Assembly (NCBI GenBank): GCA_032250835.1
Contig: JAVVEA010000008.1
Span: forward strand, 32,001 to 96,000
Length of the DNA: 64,000 nt
Source: a bacterium
Lineage (GTDB): Bacteria > SAR324 > XYD2-FULL-50-16
Direction: 5' to 3'
In this document: positions 18,689 through 28,351 of the stretch, piece after piece
How the letters are laid out: the number at the start of each line of letters is the position of its first letter
Numbering within the stretch: position 1 is the stretch's first letter
The notes under the pieces: model-generated
What the model saw: the letters and a program-made list of their open reading frames with translations, nothing else
What the model was told of the DNA's origin: nothing
Database searches by the model: none
Translations under genes and position numbers: made by a program

Positions 18689-19264
18689 TTAAGAGAGCAA
18701 GAAGTTTTTTGCCCAGGTGATCCGGTCAAAGGCCTCCACCGGCCCCCCTTTGTCGGGGTGCAGCTTTTGGGCCAGTTCTCGGTATTTGCTTTTTACTTGG
18801 TCGCTGCTGGCACCCACCTCCAACCCCAGCGCGCCATAGGCCTCCGCACCGTTGCTATGGACACGGAAGGCCTTCCAGAAGGAATCCAGCATCTCTTCGA
18901 CCGCATCTCGGTCGGTGTTTAAGTGGCTCAGGTCCAGGTAGTATTCGCGGAGGCCGTCGTATTCGCTTAACTCTGCTCCGCCCGTGCGTAGCGGGATTAG
19001 GCGGATATTTAGACAATGGATATCCAGCGTGGCCACGCCTTCTTGGACCAATTGGTCTTTAAGCCGGTACAATAGGTGGAAAAGCAAAAAATGGATTTTA
19101 AATAAAAAGAGCGAATCCCCTAAATCCCCTTCGGCAAAGGGGGCTAGCCGCCGTTCGCGCAGCAGGCGGACCAAATCAAATTCCTTAAGCCCCAAAGGAT
19201 ACTCTTCTAACAGGTTGCGGAGCAATTCGATCAGGCCCTGTTGTTGGTCGGCATTGGGGGACAT
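18689..19264 (-). CDS. DNA-J-related domain protein with C-terminal J domain
   Basis: LFKIHFLLFHLLYRL, LREYYLD, and J-domain YRELAQKLHPDKGG. Confidence 0.85.
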   Translation of the reverse strand: MSPNADQQQGLIELLRNLLEEYPLGLKEFDLVRLLRERRLAPFAEGDLGDSLFLFKIHFLLFHLLYRLKDQLVQEGVATLDIHCLNIRLIPLRTGGAELSEYDGLREYYLDLSHLNTDRDAVEEMLDSFWKAFRVHSNGAEAYGALGLEVGASSDQVKSKYRELAQKLHPDKGGPVEAFDRITWAKNFLLS

Positions 19265-19353
19265 GTTCCTGGGGGGAGTAGGTTGGCGGTATATCTGAAT
19301 GAACTGCGCCTGGTTTGAGTTTAGCCTAAAAATGGGGCCCCTTCAAGGACGAG

Positions 19354-20499
19354 GTGACAAGGCCCGCTCAAGAGGCTAGTCTGGGGCTTCGCCCGCAAAG
19401 GCCGGGCTACCCCGTTCAAGACCCCCAAAAGGATGAGGACTCTTTGTTGATTGGATTGGAAGTCAGCTCCGTCGCTACCCCCAAACCGACCGGAGTGGCC
19501 CGCTACGCCAACCGCTTGATTCAGGCCTTGGGCCGGTTGCCGGGCAGCCCTCGGTTGGAATATTATATCAGGCCCCAAAACCGCAAGCACCGCCAATCCT
19601 TTGTTTTTGGGGATAAGGCCCGGGTTTATCTGGACCCGGTTTGGCCGCTGTTCGGCGGGCCAGAGCTTTTCCATGGTTTAGACTGCCGTCTGCCGCGCTG
19701 GCCCAAATGCCGCCAACTGGTCACCTTCCATGACTTGGCCATCATCCGGCTGCGTGATCAGGGCATTTGCTCGGATCGTTTTTTTGAAAAAAAGATGCTG
19801 CAATATAAAGAGGCGCTGGACCGGGCCGATTGGGTCCTTACGGTCAGTTCGCAGACCCGCCTGGATTTGGTCGAATTACTGGGCGCGGACCCGGAGCGGA
19901 TCACCGCTACCCCTTTGGCGGCGGACCGGCGGTTTTTTGAACCCGCCGGGCCTCTGCCCGAAGCTTGGGGACTAGACCAGCCCTATTTGTTGTTTGTGGG
20001 TAGCCTCTCGACCCGCAAAAATTTAACGCGGTTGATCCAAGCTTACGGCCAGAGTGGAGCCAGACAAACCCATATACTGGTTTTGGCCGGAGAAATGGGC
20101 TATGGACACCAAGAAATTTTGGCCGAAGTGGAGCGGTTGGGGTTAAAAGAACAAGTGCGCTTGCTGGATTTTGTGTCCGACGCCCAGCTACCTAGCCTTT
20201 ACCAACAGGCGGCGGCCTTTGTCTTCGCGACCCTCTACGAGGGCTTTGGGATTCCGCTTTTAGAAGCCATGGCCAGCCGGACTCCGGTGGTGGCGGGCAA
20301 CCAAGGCTCGGCCCCCGAGGTGGTCGGGTCTGAGGGGGTTTTGGTGGACCCTTATCAGGTGGAATCGATTGCCGAAGGAATCGACCGGGCACTGCAACGT
20401 TCGCCAGAGCAGATGGAAGCGGCCTACCGGGCGGCCCAGCAATATAGCTGGGAAGCCACCGCCGCAAAGACCTTTGAATGTTACCAACGGCTCCTTTAA
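19354..20499 (+). CDS. Glycosyltransferase family 4 (GT-B); start uncertain
   Basis: TGVARY, TFHDL, FVGSLSTRKN, YEGFGIPLLEAMA. Confidence 0.92.
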   Translation: MTRPAQEASLGLRPQRPGYPVQDPQKDEDSLLIGLEVSSVATPKPTGVARYANRLIQALGRLPGSPRLEYYIRPQNRKHRQSFVFGDKARVYLDPVWPLFGGPELFHGLDCRLPRWPKCRQLVTFHDLAIIRLRDQGICSDRFFEKKMLQYKEALDRADWVLTVSSQTRLDLVELLGADPERITATPLAADRRFFEPAGPLPEAWGLDQPYLLFVGSLSTRKNLTRLIQAYGQSGARQTHILVLAGEMGYGHQEILAEVERLGLKEQVRLLDFVSDAQLPSLYQQAAAFVFATLYEGFGIPLLEAMASRTPVVAGNQGSAPEVVGSEGVLVDPYQVESIAEGIDRALQRSPEQMEAAYRAAQQYSWEATAAKTFECYQRLL

Positions 20500-20526
20500 A
20501 GCAGCCTTTTTCTAAAGAGACGGAAG

Positions 20527-21411
20527 ATGACAGACGAGACAAACGCCGAACTGGGCCATTCCCAACGGATCAACTGGTTCCCAGGCCACATGAAAAAGGC
20601 CATGGACGAGGTCTTTGAAAAGCTCAAGTTGGTGGACTTGGTCTTGGAAGTGCGTGATGCCCGGATGCCTTTGGGCTGTAGTAACCCAGAGATGGAACGC
20701 CGCCTGGGCGATAAGCGCCGGTTGGTGATCTTTAACAAGGAGCGTTATGCCGATCCGGCCAATTTTAGGGCTTGGCAGCAGCACCTCAAAGAAGCGGGTC
20801 TGCCTTTTTTGGTGATTGACGCGCTGGACCGGCTTTCGACCAAGAAGATTTTGTCCACTTGCCGCGAGCTGCTAAAAACCAAGCGGGCCTCTTTCGAGCG
20901 GCGCGGCATCCGGCCCCCGCCGATGCGCTTGATGGTGATCGGCCTACCCAACACCGGCAAATCAACGCTGATCAACAGCCTCAAGGGCAAGCGCACGGCC
21001 AATGTGGGTGACCGTCCGGGCATCACTAAGGGCCAAGCTTGGATCATCGTCGACAGCGGCATGGAGCTATTGGACACGCCGGGCATCATGCCGCCCCGGA
21101 TTGACTCAGACCAGCGGGGGCTTTCGCTTTGCGCCATTTACGCCATCCGTGACGAGATCCCCGGTGTGTTTCGGGTCGCTCAGTTTATCGCTCAGTTGAT
21201 CGCCCGCCAGTTGCCTGCTGAGGCGATGGAGCGTTACCGCTTTGAGGAAATCCCCGAGCATGGTGAGGACGTCCTGAACGCTGCGGCGGTCCGATACGGC
21301 GCGCTAAAGAAAGGCGCAGAAGTCGATTGGAACAAGGTTTATGCGGGTCTGGTCAATGACTACCGCAAGGGAGCCTTGGGCCGTTTGATTTTCGAAGAGC
21401 CTGCACCTTAA
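20527..21411 (+). CDS. rbgA: Ribosome biogenesis GTPase RbgA/YlqF
   Basis: INWFPGHM, EVRDARMP, GLPNTGKSTLIN, PGIT, LLDTPGI (circularly permuted GTPase). Confidence 0.95.
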   Translation: MTDETNAELGHSQRINWFPGHMKKAMDEVFEKLKLVDLVLEVRDARMPLGCSNPEMERRLGDKRRLVIFNKERYADPANFRAWQQHLKEAGLPFLVIDALDRLSTKKILSTCRELLKTKRASFERRGIRPPPMRLMVIGLPNTGKSTLINSLKGKRTANVGDRPGITKGQAWIIVDSGMELLDTPGIMPPRIDSDQRGLSLCAIYAIRDEIPGVFRVAQFIAQLIARQLPAEAMERYRFEEIPEHGEDVLNAAAVRYGALKKGAEVDWNKVYAGLVNDYRKGALGRLIFEEPAP

Positions 21412-21506
21412 GTTCCTGCGGATTCCACTCGCCGAAATATTAAGAATCTGTAACAATAAAAGCTTGGATGAACCTGAATTTGGACCTCCTTCCCTTGATA
21501 AGAAAT

Positions 21507-22196
21507 ATGATGTTCCGCAAGCTCTTTCCCTTTTTGTTCGCGGTTCTGTTCCTGGCCGGTTGCGACTCGGACCTTAAGGACCAGATCAAGCAACGTGACA
21601 ATAAGATCACCGCACTGACCAGCGAACGCAATAGCCTCAAGGCCGACTTAGAAAAGTCTCAAGCCCAGATGCTTCAGCTGCAGGCCCAATTAGACGAGAT
21701 CAACCAAGCCGGACAACCCACCGAAGCCGATAAAGCGTTACAGGCGGGCTTGAAGAAAAGCTTCGCTAAAGAAATGCAAGACGGCCAGATGGAGATCGGC
21801 TCTGAGCGCCGCCGCACCTACCTGCAACTGGACGAAGCGGTCTTCTTTGGCAGTGGCTCGGCCGCTCCGCGTCCCGGTGGCATCCGTATCTTAGAAAAGC
21901 TGGCTAAGGAATTGAAGAAACACCAGGGTTATTATGTGGTGGTCGAAGGCCATACCGACAAAATGCCCATCAGCCAGCGGTTGCGGCTTAAGTTTGCTTC
22001 GAACCTGGAACTCTCGGCGACCCGCGCTACCTCGGTTTCTTATTACCTGCAAAACGAATTGAAGGTACGCATGCCGATGATTGCAGTGGCTTACGGCCCG
22101 CTCTTTGAGGCCGCCACCAACAAAACCTCCAAAGGCCGCGCGAAAAACCGCCGCGTCCGGGTGACCTTGGTTCCCGTTGGCGAAAAACCCATTTAA
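21507..22196 (+). CDS. OmpA/MotB-domain lipoprotein with coiled coil
   Basis: Lipobox LAGC; coiled coil; VEGHTD…NLELSATRA…GRAKNRRV. Confidence 0.88.
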   Translation: MMFRKLFPFLFAVLFLAGCDSDLKDQIKQRDNKITALTSERNSLKADLEKSQAQMLQLQAQLDEINQAGQPTEADKALQAGLKKSFAKEMQDGQMEIGSERRRTYLQLDEAVFFGSGSAAPRPGGIRILEKLAKELKKHQGYYVVVEGHTDKMPISQRLRLKFASNLELSATRATSVSYYLQNELKVRMPMIAVAYGPLFEAATNKTSKGRAKNRRVRVTLVPVGEKPI

Positions 22197-22214
22197 TTTT
22201 TTTGGGGTCTGGTT

Positions 22215-22808
22215 TTGAAGAATAAAATCCGGTGGGGCCGCTGGGCTCTGGTTGTTTTGTTGTTGCTCAGTGCCGCCACCTGGGGTGGATACGCCTATCT
22301 GGGCGGGTACGCACCGGTGACGGTGACCGAAGAAGAAATGGGTCCCTTAGAACTGGTCTTTGAGGTCCACCGTGGCGAGTATGGGACCATCTATCCTCAG
22401 GTCCAACGGGTGCAAACCCGCCTGGAGGGTTTGGGACTCAATGGCCCCCGGACCTTTGGACTCTATTATGACAACCCCGAGTTGGTCGCTGAGCCCGACT
22501 TACGCAGCCTAGGCGGGGGGATTTTGCCTTGGGGGCGGACCTTGCCGATGGACCAGCAAAACCGTTTCCGTCATGGCCTACTTAAGCGGCAGTCTTTTTT
22601 GGTCGCCCGCCACCCCATGCGCCACCCTTTGTCTATCCTGATTGGGTTGCGTAGAGTTTACCCGGTCTTAGAAAAGGCCCGTCAGCCCATAGACTTGGCC
22701 CCGGCCGGGGTGATGGAAATCTACGATCATGCCCAAGAAGAAATCCTCTACCTCCTGCCTTTAGACCCTCAAGGCTTCTCCAATATAGCCCCCGAACTAG
22801 AACGCTAA
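22215..22808 (+). CDS. Membrane-anchored GyrI-like small-molecule-binding protein
   Basis: N-terminal TM; HRGEY, FGLYYDNP…LRS.GG, MEIY. Confidence 0.7.
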   Translation: MKNKIRWGRWALVVLLLLSAATWGGYAYLGGYAPVTVTEEEMGPLELVFEVHRGEYGTIYPQVQRVQTRLEGLGLNGPRTFGLYYDNPELVAEPDLRSLGGGILPWGRTLPMDQQNRFRHGLLKRQSFLVARHPMRHPLSILIGLRRVYPVLEKARQPIDLAPAGVMEIYDHAQEEILYLLPLDPQGFSNIAPELER

Positions 22809-22934
22809 AGCCATTTCGCTTAGGCCCCCAAAAAAAATTTACTTTTGGGGGTACAGTCGCTAGGCTTTGGGTAAGGTTTCACCTAGGAATTTCGACCTGG
22901 GTTGGTGATCCGTTCATTCCATATAAGGGGACTT

Positions 22935-25082
22935 ATGGAGGCCATTGGCATTATCCTGTTTTTTGCGGCCCTTTCGGGCATTGTGGCTGTCGTTAAAGCC
23001 AAACAAATCACGGCCATTCCCATCGATGCGGCGGCTGACAGCGCCGAAGAGGGAGCCAAGCTCAAGAAAATCCACAAGGCCATTGCCGACGGGGCCATTG
23101 CCTTCTTATGGCAATCTTACAAGGCCATGGGCATCTTTATCGTGGTCTTCGCGGTATTGATCTTTTTAGTGATCGACGACCCCCACACCGGCGAAGTGGC
23201 CGAGGGTGTGCCTACGGCCATTGCCTTTATTCTCGGCTGTTTGACTTCTATCTTAGCCGGTTACATCGGCATGAGCATCGCCACGGCCGGTAACGTCCGC
23301 ACCGCCGGTGCGGCCAAAACCAGCATCGCCGATGCCTTCAAGATCGCCTTAAACAGCGGCGCGGTGATGGGTTTTGCCCTCGTTTCCTTGGCACTCTTTG
23401 GTTTGGTGGCGGTCTATTATCTGCTCAAAACCATGTTCCCCAGCTTGGATACGGCAGGAAACGAACATATCTTGATGGAAGTGATCGCCGGATTTGGCTT
23501 AGGGGGCAGCTCGATCGCCCTCTTCGGACGGGTCGGCGGCGGGATTTTTACCAAAGCGGCCGACGTGGGTGCCGACTTGGTGGGTAAGGTTGAGGCCGGT
23601 ATCCCCGAAGACGACCCGCGCAACCCGGCGGTAATCGCCGACAACGTGGGCGACAATGTGGGCGACGTGGCCGGTATGGGGGCGGACCTGTTTGGCTCCT
23701 GCGCTGAATCGACCTGCGCGGCTTTGGTGATCGGCGCGGTGGCCTTTGCGGGCAACATTGGGGCCATGTTATTCCCCATTGTGATTTCGGCGGTAGGCGT
23801 GCCGGTGGCGCTGTTGACCTTCTTGTTTGTGCGGGTCAAAAGCGAAGAAGACGTAGCCCCGACGCTCAAGCGGATGTTGGTGATTTCTACGGTCTTGATG
23901 GCCGTTATGATGTACGCCACCACCGTTTGGTTCCTGCCCGAAACCTTCCTGATGAACGGCAAAGAGTCTACGGCTATCGGGGTTTTCTGGTGTTTCCTCT
24001 CGGGTCTATTGGCCGGTTTGGGCATCGGCTTGGCGACTGAATACTTTACCAGCCACGACTTCAAGCCAACCCAGGACTTGGCTCAGGCCTGCGAGACTGG
24101 TGCCGCGACCAACATCATTGCCGGTATCGCCTTAGGCTACTACAGCACCGGCGTCCCCATCATCTTGGTGGTCGGCTCCATTGGGGTTTCTTATTATTTT
24201 GCGGGTATGTACGGCGTGGCGGTGGCCGCCTTAGGTATGCTCGGTACCTTGATCATCGGCCTGACCATCGATGGCTACGGCCCGGTGAGTGACAACGCCG
24301 GGGGCATCGCCGAGATGACCGGCTTGGGCAAAGAAATCCGCGACCGTACCGACGTCTTGGACGCTGCGGGCAACACCACCGCCGCTATCGGCAAGGGCTT
24401 TGCCATCGGTTCGGCGATTTTGACCAGCCTGGCGCTCTTCGCCGCGTTCTTGACCAGGGCTGATGGTTTGTTCCGCGAAAAGGGACAGGCTGGGGTGCTG
24501 GATAACATCAACCTGCTGGACCCCTTGGTCCTCTCGGGTCTGTTCATCGGGGCGCTGCTGCCCTTTATCTTCAGTGCTATGACTATGGAGGCGGTGGGTA
24601 CTGCCGCCATGGAGATGATCAACGAAGTACGCCGCCAGTTCCGCACCATCCCCGGCATCTTGGAAGGCACCGCCGACCCGGACTATAAGACCTGCGTGGC
24701 GATCAGCACCAAGGCGGCTTTAAAGAAGACCATCGCCCCGGCGGCGTTGATCATCCTGACCCCCTTAGGTTGCGGCTTCCTCTTTGGGGTGCAGGCTTTG
24801 GCCGGCGTCTTGGCCGGTTCTTTGGTCTGCGGGGGCGTCTTGGCCATTGCTTCGTCGAACTCCGGCGGCGCTTGGGACAACGCTAAGAAGTATATCGAGA
24901 AGGGTGCCCACGGGGGCAAGGGCTCTGAGGCCCACAAAGCCGCGGTGATCGGTGACACCGTCGGTGATCCCTTCAAGGACACCAGCGGCCCGAGCTTAAA
25001 CATCTTGCTTAAGCTGCAAGCGATCCTCTCGTTGGTTTTTGTGCCCTTCTTCGTGAACTACGGCGGGTTGCTGGTCGGCTGA
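22935..25082 (+). CDS. hppA: Membrane-integral K+-dependent pyrophosphatase (probably H+-translocating)
   Basis: [26 protein letters not shown] (Ala = K+-dependent), [10 protein letters not shown]. Confidence 0.96.
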   Translation: MEAIGIILFFAALSGIVAVVKAKQITAIPIDAAADSAEEGAKLKKIHKAIADGAIAFLWQSYKAMGIFIVVFAVLIFLVIDDPHTGEVAEGVPTAIAFILGCLTSILAGYIGMSIATAGNVRTAGAAKTSIADAFKIALNSGAVMGFALVSLALFGLVAVYYLLKTMFPSLDTAGNEHILMEVIAGFGLGGSSIALFGRVGGGIFTKAADVGADLVGKVEAGIPEDDPRNPAVIADNVGDNVGDVAGMGADLFGSCAESTCAALVIGAVAFAGNIGAMLFPIVISAVGVPVALLTFLFVRVKSEEDVAPTLKRMLVISTVLMAVMMYATTVWFLPETFLMNGKESTAIGVFWCFLSGLLAGLGIGLATEYFTSHDFKPTQDLAQACETGAATNIIAGIALGYYSTGVPIILVVGSIGVSYYFAGMYGVAVAALGMLGTLIIGLTIDGYGPVSDNAGGIAEMTGLGKEIRDRTDVLDAAGNTTAAIGKGFAIGSAILTSLALFAAFLTRADGLFREKGQAGVLDNINLLDPLVLSGLFIGALLPFIFSAMTMEAVGTAAMEMINEVRRQFRTIPGILEGTADPDYKTCVAISTKAALKKTIAPAALIILTPLGCGFLFGVQALAGVLAGSLVCGGVLAIASSNSGGAWDNAKKYIEKGAHGGKGSEAHKAAVIGDTVGDPFKDTSGPSLNILLKLQAILSLVFVPFFVNYGGLLVG

Positions 25083-25098
25083 CCGGCAAACTGAAGGC

Positions 25099-25142
25099 AA
25101 AAAAAGCCCCCATCGGTCACCTGGACCGGCGGGGGCTTTTTT
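25099..25142. terminator. Bidirectional intrinsic terminator
   Basis: A7-GCCCCC…GGGGGC-T6 between convergent genes. Confidence 0.85.
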
Positions 25143-25160
25143 GTTTGGACTAGGGTCGGC

Positions 25161-25718
25161 CTATTCGACCTGGAGGCTAAGGGTCCCGGTGGCCAAGGTG
25201 CTGGGGAATCCGGTAACGGAGCTGTCGTGCGCGGTCAGGGGATATCCCACTGAGACGGGAGAGGGCGTAAAACAGCCGCCACTGCCATAGGCCGAGGCGG
25301 CGGAGGTCGCTTCATAGGTGGCAGAACGATTCACATGATATAGGTTGCCGTTAAATCCATAGAGCACCGTACCCTCTGTGCCCGCCATTCCGGCATAGGC
25401 GGTTCCGGTGCAACCAGCTGCGGTATAAAACGTTTCTTGTTGTACCAGCGACGGGGAACTGGACAGCGGTTTGCCGATGGTGGCCGCATAGAGATTGTCC
25501 GACAAAAAGACGACTGCACCAGTGCCCGTGATCCCCAATAAGGTGCCAATCACGGCGCCATCTAGCTTGGCGACGATCTTTTTGCTCGCCTGGGCAAAGT
25601 TTGCGTTGACCTTCGCTGCCGAAACGACCTCGCCATCGGTAAAGCTGTTGGGCACGGCGGCCATCAGGGGAGCGCTCAGACTCAAGGCCAGTAGGCTGGT
25701 TATAAAGATTTTAAACAT
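25161..25718 (-). CDS. Exported hypothetical protein with VPNSF..G…SAAKVNANF N-terminal motif
   Basis: Signal peptide after an AGGAG RBS; motif resembles N-termini of fibre/collagen-like exported proteins; two Cys. Confidence 0.7.
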   Translation of the reverse strand: MFKIFITSLLALSLSAPLMAAVPNSFTDGEVVSAAKVNANFAQASKKIVAKLDGAVIGTLLGITGTGAVVFLSDNLYAATIGKPLSSSPSLVQQETFYTAAGCTGTAYAGMAGTEGTVLYGFNGNLYHVNRSATYEATSAASAYGSGGCFTPSPVSVGYPLTAHDSSVTGFPSTLATGTLSLQVE

Positions 25719-25743
25719 TAGGTTCTCCTGTATATGGGTTCGG

Positions 25744-26238
25744 TTAGGGGCCAAAGACACCCGTGCCGAACAGGGCGGTGCCAAAGAGATTGTTGGGGGT
25801 GGTGTTGTCGGCAATGGCTAGGGCTTTGGGGGTCGTGGCCTCGCCTACCTGATTGGCCGTAAAGACCAAGAAATAGTTGGCTCCGCTGGGGAGCAAGGTG
25901 TTGGCGGCAAAATCGTAGGTCAGGTTTGCGTTCACCTTATCTTTACTGGCGATTACCGACTCTCCCGAAAGTTTGGTGGCGGCGTCGCTGCCCCAGTAAA
26001 TTTTATAAGAATCCACCTTCGATTCGTCGGTTGCCTTGGTGATGTTCAAGGTGCCCTGAATGTATGCGACCCGGTTGTCGGTGTCGCTAAAGGAGAGCGC
26101 ATCGGCCGAAACATCAGGGGTGGAGTCAGTAGTTGAGTCCCCGGTGCTTATGGTGACCGGGTCACTCTCCTTCTTGCAGGAAGCCGCCAGGCTAACTAGC
26201 AGGAGAACGGCGAAAAAGCTGATGAAGAGGTGTCTCAT
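25744..26238 (-). CDS. Hypothetical lipoprotein (beta-sandwich-like, FGT-repeat tail)
   Basis: Lipobox LAASC; FSDTD…G…DES.V.SYKIYWG; ends LFGTALFGTGVFGP. Confidence 0.7.
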   Translation of the reverse strand: MRHLFISFFAVLLLVSLAASCKKESDPVTISTGDSTTDSTPDVSADALSFSDTDNRVAYIQGTLNITKATDESKVDSYKIYWGSDAATKLSGESVIASKDKVNANLTYDFAANTLLPSGANYFLVFTANQVGEATTPKALAIADNTTPNNLFGTALFGTGVFGP

Positions 26239-26765
26239 TACTAGTTCCTTCAATTGAGTTTCGAGTAAATTATGCACTCAAATTGAAGAAAAAGGCCAAG
26301 GCAAAATTGTGAAAAATGGGTGAAAGTCCCTAGATGAAGTCCTGTGGCACTCATTGGGCTTAGGTGACCAGGGGTGCGGGGGTTAGGCGCAAAACTCAAG
26401 AGCCTGAACCTCGAAAGTAGACCTTTGTTTTAGATTCTTTGAATATGCTTGCAGAGGTTAGGTTTTTCAGTTTGCTTAACTGAGGTCGGAGCCCTGTCAA
26501 GTGACTTGGGTAAGTGAGGAATCTTTGGGCGAAGCCAAAAGGATTGGCTTGCAAAGCTCTTAAAGCGGCCTAGCTAAATCCTGGCTTTTGGGTTAATATA
26601 ATTACCGTTATTTTGGGTTTGCAGCCGATGCCCTCGGGCTTGACCTCTCTTTTGAGACGCCCTTTTCGCCCTGAGTCTTTGGCTTCGAGCCCCGAAAAGG
26701 AGGCCCTTTCTATCCGATTTATGGTTGGTAACCCCGTCCTGCGCACCTTCAACCTCAACTGCCGG

Positions 26766-26794
26766 TTGCCAAAGATAGAACGGTATTCTATTGT
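26766..26794 (+). promoter_or_regulatory. Candidate sigma70 promoter for aclBA
   Basis: TTGCCA-N17-TATTGT about 210 nt upstream of aclB. Confidence 0.4.
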
Positions 26795-27004
26795 ATCGGA
26801 CATTTGCGCCGGGAAGTTTTTGACCCGGAGCTAAAGCGAGACCCGAAGCTTTTTGAGTTGGCCCTCTAGGCCGCTTAGCCGGCTGCGGGACGGGCAAAAG
26901 AAAAAACCCAGTGAACCGGCGGTCGAGCTCATGCGCCAAAGCAGCGGGACCGCTGTCTTGGGCCATGTTAACGCTGCAATCGAACAACCCAGATAAGAGG
27001 GATT

Positions 27005-28321
27005 ATGCAACTTACCGGTATGAGATGGGGCAGGAAGCTGCTGGAAACGGTGGACTTCCCTTCCGCCGATGTGCTGACCGAAGACGCCTCTCATGAGGAA
27101 ATCGCTGCGCTAATCAAGAAGTCCCCGGCCAAAAAGGTCGTTGTTAAGCCCGTCTTTTTGGGCGGTGTGGGCAAAAAAGGCAAAGCCGGTTTGGTGCGCA
27201 TCAGCAGTAACGTCTACGAGGCCCAACAGGCCAAGCGAGACCTCTTCTTTGCCCGTCATACCTTTGGCAACCACACGGTACAAGCCAACGGCGTCACCTT
27301 CGAAGAGTTCATCCCCTCGGAATTTGAGATTTACGTCTCCATCGCCATGTCCACCGAGCACCGCGCTCCGGTGATGATCTTAACCCACGAAGGCGGTATC
27401 GACATCGAGGAATTGCCTCTGTCGCGCAAGAAGATCATCAGCTTCAACCCGGCCACGGGCATCAAGGCGTTCCATATCAACGACGCCTTGATCGAATTGG
27501 GTGCCCCTCAGGAGATCATCAGCCCGCTGGTTCAGCACCTGCCTAAGTTGTGGGAACTGTACAACAACTACGGCCTGACCATGTTAGAGATCAACCCGAT
27601 CCGCATGGGCAGCGTCAAAGGCCGCTTGGTTCCCTTCGCCTGCGACATTAAGGCTCAGTTCGACCAGGACGACCCGGCCCATAGCCGCATCAACTTCCCC
27701 GAAGAGATCTTCAGCACCGAATTCACCGAATTCGAAGCCGAAATCAACATGCTGCGCACCTATCAGGGTCAGTCCGATGTGGTGGAATTAAACCCCAACG
27801 GAACGATCCTTCCCTTTATGTTCGGTGGCGGTGCCAACTCGGCGGCTACTGAAATTTTGGGCGAGAAGGCGATTGTGTCTTCTGACTTCGGCGGCAACCC
27901 GCCCTATGCTAAGATGCGCGACATCGCCGACATCAGCTTCAAACACTGGTTACACCAAGCCCGCGTAGTCTTGGTGATCGGTGGTAAAGCCAACAACACC
28001 GACATCTTTGTGACCCTCAAGGCCATCTTCGACGGCCTCAAGGACCATATCGATAAAAACCCGAACATCCACGTGGTTGTGGGTCGCGGCGGTCCGAATG
28101 TGATCCAGGGCATGGCTTATGGCCGTGACGTCTTGGATAATCTGGGCGTGCCCTACCGCTTCTTTGGCCACGACTCGAGTATGATCCGGGTGCTCAACTA
28201 CGCATTGGAATTGGACGATTGGCTCGCTACGGGCGGCAAAAAGGGCGCGGCACCGGCTGCCCCCAAGAAGGCCGCTGCTAAGCCCGCGGCTAAGAAGCCC
28301 GCTAAGAAAGCCAAGAAATAA
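27005..28321 (+). CDS. aclB: ATP-citrate lyase small (beta) subunit, ATP-grasp
   Basis: VVVKP…GGVGKKGKAGLV, GGIDIEE, LEINP, MFGGGANS, DFGGNP, IGGKANNTD, VGRGGPN. Confidence 0.85.
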   Translation: MQLTGMRWGRKLLETVDFPSADVLTEDASHEEIAALIKKSPAKKVVVKPVFLGGVGKKGKAGLVRISSNVYEAQQAKRDLFFARHTFGNHTVQANGVTFEEFIPSEFEIYVSIAMSTEHRAPVMILTHEGGIDIEELPLSRKKIISFNPATGIKAFHINDALIELGAPQEIISPLVQHLPKLWELYNNYGLTMLEINPIRMGSVKGRLVPFACDIKAQFDQDDPAHSRINFPEEIFSTEFTEFEAEINMLRTYQGQSDVVELNPNGTILPFMFGGGANSAATEILGEKAIVSSDFGGNPPYAKMRDIADISFKHWLHQARVVLVIGGKANNTDIFVTLKAIFDGLKDHIDKNPNIHVVVGRGGPNVIQGMAYGRDVLDNLGVPYRFFGHDSSMIRVLNYALELDDWLATGGKKGAAPAAPKKAAAKPAAKKPAKKAKK

Positions 28322-28351
28322 TCACCCAACCCGATACGCTAGGAGCAATCA

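Noticed and set aside
26318-26330. GGGTGAAAGTCCC resembling the FMN riboswitch core
   Set aside because: Flanking conserved elements (AGGGC before; ACCGGCGGT and AGCCCGCGA after) are missing and no flavin genes follow
26570-27096. Short ORFs upstream of aclB
   Set aside because: Overlapping on both strands with no motifs; more simply a promoter and long 5' leader
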